64,000 nt of DNA from a virus: the IMG/VR virus record IMGVR_UViG_3300029915_000003. The stretch is one strand, 5' to 3'. Position 1 is the stretch's first letter, and the number at the start of each line of letters is the position of its first letter. The translations under genes were made by a program, and so were the position numbers. The notes below the pieces were generated by a model. It was not told the DNA's origin, did not search any database, and saw only the letters and a program-made list of their open reading frames with translations. Below, piece after piece: positions 38,054 to 49,150 of the stretch.

Positions 38054-40588
38054 ATGGCTACTACTTATGCAAATCCACCCCAAGATACCACTCCGCTAGA
38101 TACTATAGACCACACAATCATTCCGATTGGTGGTAACAATCTCAATCCTACCCTATTTGCCCAGGTAGGCACGGATGCCACCTTATGGAATAAAGCTTTC
38201 CCTTATAGATTTCAGATACTTGAACAGGATCCCATTAAAGGTCTAATGAATACAGGTAGATATTTCGACCTACCCATCCCACCGGAAGCTTTGGAAATCA
38301 ACACACCCTTTGCCATTAATACATCTGTAACCCTAAATGGTATTATAGAACAACACAATGCGTTCCCATTGCTCAATATCTTTCTTAGGGGCTCTACGGG
38401 TGTATTAAACAAACTAAACGTAAGGACTGGGAGTAATCAATTACCAGCCAAAGGTATTCTTGCTGGTACAATAAACGCTGTAAATGCCTTTGCTAAAGAT
38501 ATTAAAAGCTTAAATGCACAACCAGGACCAAATACGGCTATTTATTCTCCTTCACTGATAGGAAATACAGATTTTTCAGGAAGCGGTCAGTCTCTTTCAG
38601 ATGCAGTAACTGGAGCTGTTAATGCCTCTTTGGCTGGAACCGGCTATTCCAGGTTCCTGGCCTTACGTAACTTCTTAGAATCATACGCTATTTTGAAGAA
38701 ACAACAAGCCTACCAAGGATATCGATTAGCATTTACCACCTACAAAGACCAATATAGTTATATTTGTACTCCCAAGATGTTCCGTATGGTAAGATCTGCG
38801 GAAAGTCCTTTCGAGTTTAAATACGAAATACAATTGGAATCTTGGCAAAGAATCAAAGCTGACCAAATTAAACCAAATTTTAGCGGTCAGCATCGTGCAT
38901 CGCAAGCCAATAATAGTACTTGGCAAAACATACTGAAATACGTTCAATTAGGATTGACCTTACTAAACGACCTTTCCGGTATAATTTCAGGTGTAATCAG
39001 TGACGTTCAAGGCATTTTGAATGTTGTTAGGGAAATATCATTATTCCTTAAGAATCTGGTAGGAGTAGCGTTACAAGCTGCCGACATGCCTGCGGTCATT
39101 GTTAATAACCTAAAAAATGCTATTTTAGCTTCTATAAATAATATAGCTACCGCTACTGCTGGTTCCAATGGTCAATTTCCGTCCAGTCAACAAGTTCAAG
39201 CAGATTATCAAGCCTGTTTAAGATGGTGGACGACCCAGCAAATGGTTAATCCAATAGTGATAAACGGTCCTGTTAACAATATGTTAAGGACTAATGTGGA
39301 TTACATATTTGAAAATCCAAGCCAGCACTATGGGTTTTTCAACTCTATTGCTTTGAATAGTCTAAACAACATGACTTCAGCTATACAAGCTCAAATCAAT
39401 ACAGAGATTCAAAATGTATCGGCTTACAGTGTGGTTGATTTTAAGAACGCAGTAGCCACCCTACAGAACGCATCGAATGTATATGCTCAAGCGGTAGGAG
39501 CTAGTGACCCAACCTATATAGAAACCTACCAATTGGGATCTGTAAATCAAATAAGGGACACACCTACAGATGATGATTATGCGGTATTAAATACCATTAA
39601 TGATATGATCATTCAAACCAACAATATAATAGCAGCTCTACAAAGCAATACAAACATCACAACACCTCAAGCGGTTACATTTGTTGCAAATCTAGCAAAT
39701 CAGGCCGGAATACCGTTTGATATTCCTTTAAGTAAATATCCAATTCCATTTCCTTACGGTGGAACCCTTGAAATGATAGCTCAAAATTACCTAGGAGATC
39801 CAGATAAATGGATAGAAATAGCCACCCTGAATGGCTTAAGGTCTCCCTATGTAGACGAAATAGGATTTTTGCTAGATTTAACCACCAATGGCAACAACGA
39901 CACTATTACCGTAGCGGATGTAAGCAATCTAATACTAGGGCAAACAGTATGGATTGGTTCCAATACGGTGCCAGTACAATCCAGGTCTATTTTGGCAATT
40001 AATAATCTAAGTCCAGATAGCTGGTCTGTGACCTTGGATGGTCCAGATGATCTAGGTATACTAAAAACTAGTGACAATGCCTATTTACATGCATTTTTAC
40101 CATTTACCGTAAACTCACAAGGATTCGTAGCTATTCCATCTCAAAATCCACCGGTTGGAGCTAGCGATCCTGTATCTAGAAACGATCAAATCAGTGTTGC
40201 CCAGCAAATATTCGATGCTGCTGGTACAGATTTATTAATAGACTCCGACAACGACCTAATTATAACTCAAAACGGTGATTGCAGATTAAGCCAAGGTGTC
40301 CAAAATATCATCCAAACCCTCAAAATTCTTATCGAATTACCAAGAGGGTCTCTCCTACATCACCCTACAATAGGTGTAAATCTAGTAGGTGGCAGTTTGG
40401 CAGACCTGAGCGCTACAGACATAGCATCTACCATCAAAACAGCTATAGATCAAGATGGTTTTTTCAGCAATTGGACATATTCCGTTACAGTAAAGGTTGA
40501 CTCCAATTGGGCCAATGTAACCATTAACCTAAATGTAAGCAATGTACAACAATTACTGCCAATTACATTCAAGCTAAACATTAACTAA
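38054..40588 (+). CDS. baseplate fusion protein: tube-initiator-like + LysM-like + gp25-like
   Basis: LPIPPE..I.L.G.TG; TLEMIAQNYLGDPDKWIEIATLNGL; GTDL..DL..G.QN..Q..PRGSL..HP..G. Confidence 0.7.
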   Translation: MATTYANPPQDTTPLDTIDHTIIPIGGNNLNPTLFAQVGTDATLWNKAFPYRFQILEQDPIKGLMNTGRYFDLPIPPEALEINTPFAINTSVTLNGIIEQHNAFPLLNIFLRGSTGVLNKLNVRTGSNQLPAKGILAGTINAVNAFAKDIKSLNAQPGPNTAIYSPSLIGNTDFSGSGQSLSDAVTGAVNASLAGTGYSRFLALRNFLESYAILKKQQAYQGYRLAFTTYKDQYSYICTPKMFRMVRSAESPFEFKYEIQLESWQRIKADQIKPNFSGQHRASQANNSTWQNILKYVQLGLTLLNDLSGIISGVISDVQGILNVVREISLFLKNLVGVALQAADMPAVIVNNLKNAILASINNIATATAGSNGQFPSSQQVQADYQACLRWWTTQQMVNPIVINGPVNNMLRTNVDYIFENPSQHYGFFNSIALNSLNNMTSAIQAQINTEIQNVSAYSVVDFKNAVATLQNASNVYAQAVGASDPTYIETYQLGSVNQIRDTPTDDDYAVLNTINDMIIQTNNIIAALQSNTNITTPQAVTFVANLANQAGIPFDIPLSKYPIPFPYGGTLEMIAQNYLGDPDKWIEIATLNGLRSPYVDEIGFLLDLTTNGNNDTITVADVSNLILGQTVWIGSNTVPVQSRSILAINNLSPDSWSVTLDGPDDLGILKTSDNAYLHAFLPFTVNSQGFVAIPSQNPPVGASDPVSRNDQISVAQQIFDAAGTDLLIDSDNDLIITQNGDCRLSQGVQNIIQTLKILIELPRGSLLHHPTIGVNLVGGSLADLSATDIASTIKTAIDQDGFFSNWTYSVTVKVDSNWANVTINLNVSNVQQLLPITFKLNIN

Positions 40589-40618
40589 GCACCAATTTTA
40601 TCATCAGAACCCCAAATT

Positions 40619-43600
40619 ATGGCAAACTCTCCCCAACCACAGCCGTTGTCGTATCAACAATTGCTAGGTAATAGCGTAAATACGCTTTTAACCAAGCTTG
40701 GTCTATCCGGTTTAACTGTCGGAGGTCCCCTATTATCAGTAATGGAGACCGTAGCTACCGGTCAGGCACGCACCAATGCCGACCTGTTTGCCATGTTGGC
40801 TTCTCAGGACTTGGACAATTGCACTGGAACCGCCCTAATTAATCGGGGAGCAGATGAGGGCTTGACTCCCATCAATGCCACCTACGCCCAGCAAAACAAC
40901 CTAGTAATTACAGATACTTCTTTTACTCCAATTACTTCTTCTGTATACCAAGGGGCTCCAGCCCCAATTGCGGGAAGTTCGGCTGTAGTGATCTTGACTA
41001 ATACCTCATTCCCTTCTACCGGAGCTATTTACATCGGTAGGGGTACTCTGAACTACGAAGGCCCTTTAAATTATAGTTCCATAACAAATTCAGGTGCTTA
41101 CTCTACTATTAATTTGACTACCCCCACAACCCGTTACCACAACAAGGGTGAATCAGTAATTCTATCTCAAGGTGGAAGTCGGTTAATCCAAACCGGTACT
41201 ATTTGCTCCACCCAGCCAAACAACAACGTATCAGTAGCCCAATACAGTATTTTGAATGATTACACCATTTTAGATGGTGATAATACCTTGGGTGGTATAG
41301 CGATTATAGCTCTAAATCCTGGAAGTGGTGGGAATGCCGCTGCTAATAGTATTACATATTTCCCAACCCCTCCGTTCAATGGTGCTACTATTAACAATCC
41401 ACAGCCACTCACCAATGGGTTAGACCAAGAATCAGAAGACTCCTTCCGGCAACGTATAAAAGACGTTATCTCCAGCCGGAACACTGGTACCAACCTAGCC
41501 ATTACGACCGCCGTTACAGGGGCTACGGCTCCAGACGAGTCAGCTGTAGTGGTATCAGCTACCACCTATGCCAGTCCGGTAAACACATTATATATTGATG
41601 ATGGAACCGGTTACGAAGAGAAATCCGAAGGAATTGGGCTTGAAACCATTTATGTGGATCCTAGCGGTGGAAGCCAATACGTTGGCCTTACCGGTGGGAC
41701 CCCAATGGCTAAGGCTTTCGTTCAAACAACGATTCAAGAACCATACGCTTTGGTCGATGGAGCCGAACTAAGGGTGGCGGTAAACGGAGTAGCCTACAGC
41801 GTATTCTTTGACAGTTATGAGTTTAACAATATTAACAATGCTACGGCCTATGAGGTAGTTGCGGCTATCAATAACGACCCCCAAGCTCCGTTTTTAGCCA
41901 GAGTTTGCAATGTTGGTAATTCAGTAGCCATTCAAGCTAAAGCCGACACAGACGAAGACATTCAAGTTGTATCAGCTTTAAGCACAATTGATGCCAATAA
42001 TTACCTACAGTTCCCTCTAACGCATACCTATACGTTAGATCTATACAAAAACGACCGTCTACTAAGTAAAGACGGAGTGTTAGCCCAAGTATACTCTGCC
42101 GACCAATCTGTTTGGGGTGGTATTTCAGATGGAGCTACTTTAGATATAGCCATAGATGGAACCTCTACCCAATCAATAACCTTTACCAATGCAGATTTTA
42201 TTGCGTTAGGACAGTTGGGGGTAAGTGCTTCTGTTCCCTTGAGCATATGGGCTCAAGTATTTAATAACAAAATAGCCGGTATCACCGCTACCGTACAAAA
42301 TGGACAATTATTGGTAACTTCCAATGCCGGACCGGTTAGCAGGGCTGAAGTATCTATCATAAGTGGTTCTTTAATTACGTCTGGTATGTTTATTGTACAA
42401 ACAGCCATGGGTCAACCAAATGATTACACCCTTAATAGAAATACAGCTACTATTAGTTTGACCAATCCACTACTAATCGGAGATACCCTATCGGCCGGTA
42501 GTGAATACACTCGCAGTTATATTAAAAGCCAATCATTTACAACCATAACCACCCCAACGGGAACATCCAATCAGTGGTGGGTTGTAGATGGTAATGTAAA
42601 TATCATTCAAACTGGTCTAAATAACAATATATCTATAGCGGTAACATACAATTCAGCTAGGAATTCAACTACCTTAACTGACTCTACCTTTGGTACTGCT
42701 TTTTCAACCCTATCAGATGGCGATTGGATTATAGTTTGGGACCCAAGTTTAGCCGGAGTGGGAATATCGGGTGTTTTTCGGGTATATTCTTGCAATCCAG
42801 CTTCCATTTCTTTCCGTCAAGCATCCACTCCTACTGTTGGTAGTATTACCATGTCAAACAATGGAGTTACAGCCTTGAGTTGTACCGCTCCAATACAGAA
42901 GTTCACAGTAAGCTCATCAACAACCTATTCTGCCGCTACGCTGCTAAATCTATACCTAGCTCAGCTAGAAGGGGTAGATGTTTACCAAACCAACACGACC
43001 AGCTTAAGGGTAGCCACCAAGACGTGGGGAACTTCTGGTCAAATAGCTTTGGTTGCCGCTGATTTAAATGGCCAATTATTGCCATTTAGTACTGGAATTG
43101 TATCCAATCAGTTTTACCATTATGGATTTGATGTCTCTAAATCTGTACTAGGAACCCCGGAATTCTACTGGTTGGGACAAACTGGCTCCCCTAGTGGTTC
43201 TACCATACCTGTTGATTATGCCCAAGCTAGCTTTATTGGTCTACAGGCTAATTATGAGGATCCAATAAAACTTGGGATAGGACCTCCCACAAGTGCCTGG
43301 AACGCATTGTTAACTTCCGATAAATACAGTTTCAATAATATTTACGATTTCACCAGTACTTCAATCACTACGGATACCATTACCAATCCATCTATAACAA
43401 ATGACAGTTTGTTTTTAACTAATCCTTTTGCCTTGTTACCAACAGACACCCTAGATGTAGTATTTGATGGCGACAATACCTCCAAGAACTACTCGGTACC
43501 ATTAGGGTATCCAGTAAAGCCATACTCTCCATCCCCTTCAGATGTAGGTTGGTATCAAACCAATAGTTATCTAACAAATCCAGACGGTACGTCCCTAAAT

Positions 43601-46315
43601 GTACAGTTTGGCAATTCAAATGATTTTAGTCAATACAAGATATTTGCCCATCCAAGGACCTATCTCCAATACCCTCCAAGTTCCAATACGGAAACTCAAG
43701 GAATGTTGTTTAGATTAAATACCTATGGTTCTTCAGCGGGTACATTCTATAATAACCAGAACAACTTTAGTGGAAATACCTACGTTCAGTACGTAAATCC
43801 ACCGGTACCCAACGCTCCTGTAACTGTTACTGCTGGACCGCAAGTAAGTGGTACGCCCCCTTACAATCTAGATGGATTTGTAATTAATATAGCCCTACCA
43901 TCAACTCCCCAATTAACTGGATTCCAACCCCAACCCTTATGGGCTGCGGAGTACATAGCTGGCTCTTCAACCTCACCCCAAGGTGCAGCCATTATGATGT
44001 GTGGCGTTACTGGAAATGCCACGTATATTAGTTCTAATCTTTGGAGTTTTTCAGTTACAGCTAATGCTTATACCGGAAATCATCACTTCAAAAATGGGGA
44101 CTATTTTTATATATTTTCTGGTTCTGGATTACCTGCGGGCCAATGCCAAGTTCAAGCTGCTGGATTAACTTCTACTGGTTTTGAGTTTGTTTATGTAATT
44201 GCAAATGGAAGCACGGCAAGTTCAACCAACTCCGTATTGGTTGCCATACCCAACCCCACATACGTACCGGCCACGCCAGCTTGGGGTACCGGAGCGGGAC
44301 CTGGAGATTTGATGTCCTTTTATGGGGCTGGATTCAACAATGCTTTTCTCGATAATGCATTTAGAATCAAAGCCATGGATAATACCAATAGGTTGTGGGT
44401 ATTAATTTATGGTGATTACACTTTGTTTGCATCCTTGGGTACGACCTTAAACTACACGACCCTACAACAACCCAACTCACTCTACGCTCCAGACCTTAGC
44501 CAAACAACTGCCAATTCTGCATTTGCCAACCTAATAAATAGTGCCCCTGGCAATCAATGGGTGACAGCGGCTGCTCCAGTCTGGACTCTTAGCGCCGGAC
44601 CAGTCACTCAAGTGAGTGAATCATCTAGCGATCGTTTGTGGTTTCTCGGAGACACCTATTTTGACCAGGGTTTATTTACAGGAGGGGATTTCTATGTGGA
44701 ATCGTCTGTATACAACCCAGGTTCAGCACCAAATGAATACCAATTACAAAGTGGTGTTTTCGCTACGGTCCCAAATCCATCCAACTCGGCATGGGCTACA
44801 AACGAAGACTGGCCATACGAAACAGCATATTTAGTGCCAGTAACCATTAAAAGTTTATTGAATTACCTTAATAATCTCTCCATTAATGGTATTAGTAATA
44901 CCGGGAACGTAGAAGCCGCCAATAATATGTTGGAACTACAGATTAATACCGACACTATTGGATCTACCGGTAGTGTGCAAATATCTGCCACTAAGGGCAA
45001 TACCGCTACCGCCTCTGTGGTTGGTATGGCCACGCCCCAACTTAATGGTAATTGTACCATGTTCGATGTAGAGACTTCCCAAGCGTTGGGTTTCTGTGCC
45101 AATCAATGGGTTTCTTTACAAAATACTACTCCGGTATCGTTGAACCTAGGTTTTGGTTCAACATCAACAATGACGGTTACCAATCCAACATCAACAACCA
45201 GTAGTCTTACGGTTGGTACTGCTGGTCAATGGGGAACCCAACTTGCTGATATATCGGGAGGAATATGGAGAGTAGAAAAACAAGGTAATTTCGCTTGCTA
45301 TATACTAATGCCCGATAATTATTCCAGTTTTGGTGGACCAGACGAGCTATGCTGGGTTAATTTTGCAGATTCTGGTCTTCCGGCTGGGAATCAGGGATAT
45401 TTCCGTATAGTAAACTTCGTAAACAATGGTTCTTCTGGAGCCTTCAAACGTAACGCTATTTGGGTTGAAAATCCAAATGCGGTCGAGGGTGTTTATACTA
45501 TTTCAGACGTATTTATTTACGACCAAAATTCAGTACGACCAGGAGACACTCTAAATATAAATGGAACAGTGCTTGGTGCGTCTGTTTCGGGGAGTTATAA
45601 AGTATCTGAAATCACAGATGCCGGAACCGTAACAACCATAACAGTTACCGGAAACATACCAGCCCAAGGACCTGTAACCCTATCGGGTTCAACTTATGGT
45701 CAATTCCAGGTAGTACCTCAAAAACCAGCTAGATTAATTGAAAAGCTAGCATACGTTCAACCGGATGGAGCCAATATTGGTTATACATTAATGGGTATTT
45801 GCTCCGGAAACGGGTCAGAATACATCTCTGCGGCCCTGGGAACGGTAGTGACAGCCTTGGACAAGCTAGATTTCAATACGGATCTTCTAAGTGGTATCGA
45901 TGCCTACAGAGTAAATACAGGTCTAATAGCCCAATGCAACAAAATAGTATATGGAGATCCATCCGATACGGTAACATTTCCAGGAGTATTAAGCTCTGGT
46001 ACCAATATAAATATAAATGGTCCAATTGTAACCAGGGTTGTATTAAGCATGGCTGTTAGAATAGTTCAAGGAATCCAAAACAACATCGTTCCTCAAGTAC
46101 AGAACGCTGTTACTCAGTTGATTAATTCAAACACCATAGGAACTCCAATAGCTCTAAGCTCAATAATCGATGCGGCCAGCAATGTTCCAGGAGTGGAATC
46201 GGTCGTAATGATATCTCCCCCCTTAACAGATTCTACAGATACCATTTCGGTTCAACCATACGAAAAGGCTATGGTAATTAACGTAAACGATATAGCGGTA
46301 AGTGTGTTATCCTAA
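40619..46315 (+). CDS. giant baseplate J-like wedge protein
   Basis: N-terminal J motifs (G..GN.AA..I..NG.DQES...RQRI..GT), C-terminal IN...IG..I.LS.II....VPGVESV; ~1400-aa insertion. Confidence 0.8.
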   Translation: MANSPQPQPLSYQQLLGNSVNTLLTKLGLSGLTVGGPLLSVMETVATGQARTNADLFAMLASQDLDNCTGTALINRGADEGLTPINATYAQQNNLVITDTSFTPITSSVYQGAPAPIAGSSAVVILTNTSFPSTGAIYIGRGTLNYEGPLNYSSITNSGAYSTINLTTPTTRYHNKGESVILSQGGSRLIQTGTICSTQPNNNVSVAQYSILNDYTILDGDNTLGGIAIIALNPGSGGNAAANSITYFPTPPFNGATINNPQPLTNGLDQESEDSFRQRIKDVISSRNTGTNLAITTAVTGATAPDESAVVVSATTYASPVNTLYIDDGTGYEEKSEGIGLETIYVDPSGGSQYVGLTGGTPMAKAFVQTTIQEPYALVDGAELRVAVNGVAYSVFFDSYEFNNINNATAYEVVAAINNDPQAPFLARVCNVGNSVAIQAKADTDEDIQVVSALSTIDANNYLQFPLTHTYTLDLYKNDRLLSKDGVLAQVYSADQSVWGGISDGATLDIAIDGTSTQSITFTNADFIALGQLGVSASVPLSIWAQVFNNKIAGITATVQNGQLLVTSNAGPVSRAEVSIISGSLITSGMFIVQTAMGQPNDYTLNRNTATISLTNPLLIGDTLSAGSEYTRSYIKSQSFTTITTPTGTSNQWWVVDGNVNIIQTGLNNNISIAVTYNSARNSTTLTDSTFGTAFSTLSDGDWIIVWDPSLAGVGISGVFRVYSCNPASISFRQASTPTVGSITMSNNGVTALSCTAPIQKFTVSSSTTYSAATLLNLYLAQLEGVDVYQTNTTSLRVATKTWGTSGQIALVAADLNGQLLPFSTGIVSNQFYHYGFDVSKSVLGTPEFYWLGQTGSPSGSTIPVDYAQASFIGLQANYEDPIKLGIGPPTSAWNALLTSDKYSFNNIYDFTSTSITTDTITNPSITNDSLFLTNPFALLPTDTLDVVFDGDNTSKNYSVPLGYPVKPYSPSPSDVGWYQTNSYLTNPDGTSLNVQFGNSNDFSQYKIFAHPRTYLQYPPSSNTETQGMLFRLNTYGSSAGTFYNNQNNFSGNTYVQYVNPPVPNAPVTVTAGPQVSGTPPYNLDGFVINIALPSTPQLTGFQPQPLWAAEYIAGSSTSPQGAAIMMCGVTGNATYISSNLWSFSVTANAYTGNHHFKNGDYFYIFSGSGLPAGQCQVQAAGLTSTGFEFVYVIANGSTASSTNSVLVAIPNPTYVPATPAWGTGAGPGDLMSFYGAGFNNAFLDNAFRIKAMDNTNRLWVLIYGDYTLFASLGTTLNYTTLQQPNSLYAPDLSQTTANSAFANLINSAPGNQWVTAAAPVWTLSAGPVTQVSESSSDRLWFLGDTYFDQGLFTGGDFYVESSVYNPGSAPNEYQLQSGVFATVPNPSNSAWATNEDWPYETAYLVPVTIKSLLNYLNNLSINGISNTGNVEAANNMLELQINTDTIGSTGSVQISATKGNTATASVVGMATPQLNGNCTMFDVETSQALGFCANQWVSLQNTTPVSLNLGFGSTSTMTVTNPTSTTSSLTVGTAGQWGTQLADISGGIWRVEKQGNFACYILMPDNYSSFGGPDELCWVNFADSGLPAGNQGYFRIVNFVNNGSSGAFKRNAIWVENPNAVEGVYTISDVFIYDQNSVRPGDTLNINGTVLGASVSGSYKVSEITDAGTVTTITVTGNIPAQGPVTLSGSTYGQFQVVPQKPARLIEKLAYVQPDGANIGYTLMGICSGNGSEYISAALGTVVTALDKLDFNTDLLSGIDAYRVNTGLIAQCNKIVYGDPSDTVTFPGVLSSGTNININGPIVTRVVLSMAVRIVQGIQNNIVPQVQNAVTQLINSNTIGTPIALSSIIDAASNVPGVESVVMISPPLTDSTDTISVQPYEKAMVINVNDIAVSVLS

Positions 46316-46318
46316 TAT

Positions 46319-47662
46319 ATGGCATTTACAGTTACAAACTCAGTTCAAAATAGTAACTTTTCGATCAGGTTAACCTTTTCGTTGCCACCTAGAGCTTTAG
46401 GGGATGGAAACTTTGCCGATGCATTAAATCCTATAAATTATCTGATTAAATCACCAAGTGCGGCTACTGCTCCTACTAGCAACATAAATACAGTTCCAGG
46501 AGATCCTCTATCTATAGACTTGGTATTCACTCAAATATTAAACACGGGTAATTATCTGGTTCAAGTAGGACCCAATATCGAATCAGCGGGTAACTTACCG
46601 GAATCTATAGGTATTATTACCAATCTAACGGTGCCCATAGATATATCTATACCCCAAAGCCTTACGGTTGGAATAGACGCCCAAACAAGCGAAACGCAAT
46701 TAATGGATAATTTCAATTTAGCCCTTAGGGGTGACAATTGGACTGCCTTGATTTCTTCTTTGGCCGTTGGACAACAAGCCATATCTGAAAACTCAGAAGC
46801 TGTATTTAATCAATTATTCTACTCTACAGCTCAAGGACAATATCTAGACAAAAAGATGGCTGAGATTAACTTAACCAGACCTATAAATTTTGGTTTAAAT
46901 GATGAGGTATTTAGAGAAGTTGGATTGGTTACAAAAAACCATAAGCTGTTAAATAGTTCTATTTGGAAAATACTAGACGCCTATTACGGCGACAACGAAG
47001 TTAAAGTATTTCAAGAAACCACCACATTCCAACCATGGGCTCTATCCAATGGGCAGCAATTATTCATACAAATAGATGGTTTTCCAATGATTAAAGCAAC
47101 ATTTAATACGGCTAATTTTACAGATATAGCCAATGCCACAGCTATAGAATGTGCGGGAGTAATCAATAGAGCCTTTACGTTAAACAATATAAACGCTTAT
47201 GCTATAGATTATTTCAATCCAGAAGATTCAAATACATATTTACGTATATTTTCAAATACATACAGTTTGGCTGCGGACGTAAGGATATTGGGTGGTGAAG
47301 CTCAAAATGAGTTCCTTTTTGCTCTGTTGGTCGGAAGGTCGTTGGGAGAACTACCAACCGTTCCTACTTGGCATATAGTCCCTCAAGGCAACGGAATAGT
47401 TAGAATGACTTACTATGCTGGACCGACTCCTGATATTTCTGGGGTACAAGTAGGAGATTACCTTAATTTTTATGGTACAACAACAACTAATAGGGGTACC
47501 TGGGTTATAACAGCTATATATGTAGATCCAGTATCCAATACCTATTGGTTTGAATTTTTCAATCTAAATGGAGTTACAGAGACATTTATAGAATCCACAA
47601 ATACTGATTTGATGTTCTTTAGACCGGTTAGGGGAAGTGTTCAGAAGGGGTATGTAGTATAA
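46319..47662 (+). CDS. baseplate wedge protein (gpI-like)
   Basis: TAQGQYLD..RP..GL.DE.FR motif; follows J. Confidence 0.6.
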   Translation: MAFTVTNSVQNSNFSIRLTFSLPPRALGDGNFADALNPINYLIKSPSAATAPTSNINTVPGDPLSIDLVFTQILNTGNYLVQVGPNIESAGNLPESIGIITNLTVPIDISIPQSLTVGIDAQTSETQLMDNFNLALRGDNWTALISSLAVGQQAISENSEAVFNQLFYSTAQGQYLDKKMAEINLTRPINFGLNDEVFREVGLVTKNHKLLNSSIWKILDAYYGDNEVKVFQETTTFQPWALSNGQQLFIQIDGFPMIKATFNTANFTDIANATAIECAGVINRAFTLNNINAYAIDYFNPEDSNTYLRIFSNTYSLAADVRILGGEAQNEFLFALLVGRSLGELPTVPTWHIVPQGNGIVRMTYYAGPTPDISGVQVGDYLNFYGTTTTNRGTWVITAIYVDPVSNTYWFEFFNLNGVTETFIESTNTDLMFFRPVRGSVQKGYVV

Positions 47663-48630
47663 TGTCAGATAATTCAATACTGGTTGTATTACCTGTAACT
47701 ACTACCTCTTTATCCAGGGAAGAGGGTACAGGCTCTTACCTGCACGCCTCCACTGTACACAACATAACAGACTATTCGATTACCATAGCCTCCAACCAAA
47801 CCACAGCCAGCATCATAGTGACTACGGTAGACAACCACGGCCTACAAGTTGGCGATTGGGTGTTTATCGATGGAGTACAATGGCCAGTCACTTTGGTTAG
47901 TGGAGATTGGGTTATCAATGGAAACGATCCATCCATTATTTTTGCTGCGGGTAGATTAAATGGATTATTCAGGGTCAGCATAATAGGTACCAGCACAATA
48001 TTTGGTTTTAATATAGAAAATACTATTTTAGGACCGTTACCAACCCAACATATTACCAATACAGGTACAGTGGCTGCTGTTGCACAACCAGTAAATACAG
48101 AGTTTCCGGGTCCTTATATATTTGATCCTGTCGATGGTATAAGTATAACCGATACCTCTACTGATATAGAACAATCAATTCCGGTTGGTTCCACCAATCC
48201 TGTCTTGACCGTATCATCTACAAACGGCTGGCCAAATACTCCTGGCTGGGTAGCCATAGGATATGGTTCTAGTTATTTCGATAGGCCGATTAAATATGTA
48301 GGAGTGCAAGATTCTACCCATTTACAAATAGACCCCAACTATGTTTTTCCAAAGAACATAAGTTCTGGTACAGACGTAACCTTACTATACAGCAAGGCTC
48401 CTTGGATTCCTCCCAATATAACGTCAGTAGGGGCTTTTTGGGCTACCGCCAATACAGCCGGAGTAAATGCAGCCATTACGGATATAACAGCCATAGTTGC
48501 TTCAGGAGTGGATTTGACCTTTGACGTTATTTATCCAGGAGATACAGGCTTGGGGGCCGCAGGTTATCCTACCAGTGGTAACGGTAAATTATCAAGTATT
48601 ACGCAGGTATACGATATTAACGGGGAATAA
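47662..48630 (+). CDS. baseplate/tail structural protein
   Basis: TVDNHGLQVGDWVFIDG beta-barrel motif; IVASGV C-terminus. Confidence 0.55.
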   Translation: MSDNSILVVLPVTTTSLSREEGTGSYLHASTVHNITDYSITIASNQTTASIIVTTVDNHGLQVGDWVFIDGVQWPVTLVSGDWVINGNDPSIIFAAGRLNGLFRVSIIGTSTIFGFNIENTILGPLPTQHITNTGTVAAVAQPVNTEFPGPYIFDPVDGISITDTSTDIEQSIPVGSTNPVLTVSSTNGWPNTPGWVAIGYGSSYFDRPIKYVGVQDSTHLQIDPNYVFPKNISSGTDVTLLYSKAPWIPPNITSVGAFWATANTAGVNAAITDITAIVASGVDLTFDVIYPGDTGLGAAGYPTSGNGKLSSITQVYDINGE

Positions 48631-49077
48631 ATGACCCAAGCTGCTTCCAATAAAGTAATGGGTGGTTCCCAAATACTGGTATTTATTAACGGATTTCCAT
48701 GGGGAAACTGCCGTAGCATAAGGTTGCGTATCGTAAACACATCCAAAAAGCTGTTTGGATTAGATAGCGCCTTTCCTTTTGATAACATCCCTACCACAAT
48801 ACAGGTAGATGGAACCATAGAACTATATAAACTGGTGGGGGATGGAGGGTTGGAGGGACAAGAAATAACAGCCCCTCCTCTTTTGGTTCAAAACTCCATG
48901 TTTGCCAGCATAATTTTAATAAACAGAATAAGCCAAGAAGTGATATTTCGTTCCGATACCTGTTTGGTCCAATCTCAAGATTGGGATATACCCTCCAGAG
49001 GTATAATTAGTGGGTCAGTAGGCTTTACGGCCATCGATTGGACCAGCGACGGTATCCAACTAGAAAGCACGATTTAA
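48631..49077 (+). CDS. tail tube-like paralog
   Basis: G..I.VFING..G...I..GLDS..P; V.G.I; QSW; 148 aa. Confidence 0.55.
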   Translation: MTQAASNKVMGGSQILVFINGFPWGNCRSIRLRIVNTSKKLFGLDSAFPFDNIPTTIQVDGTIELYKLVGDGGLEGQEITAPPLLVQNSMFASIILINRISQEVIFRSDTCLVQSQDWDIPSRGIISGSVGFTAIDWTSDGIQLESTI

Positions 49078-49150
49078 AAGGATAGACTATGAAAAAACAA
49101 CAACTTGAAAATCCAAAAATGGCTAAAAAAGAACAAAAAGGCGGTATATA

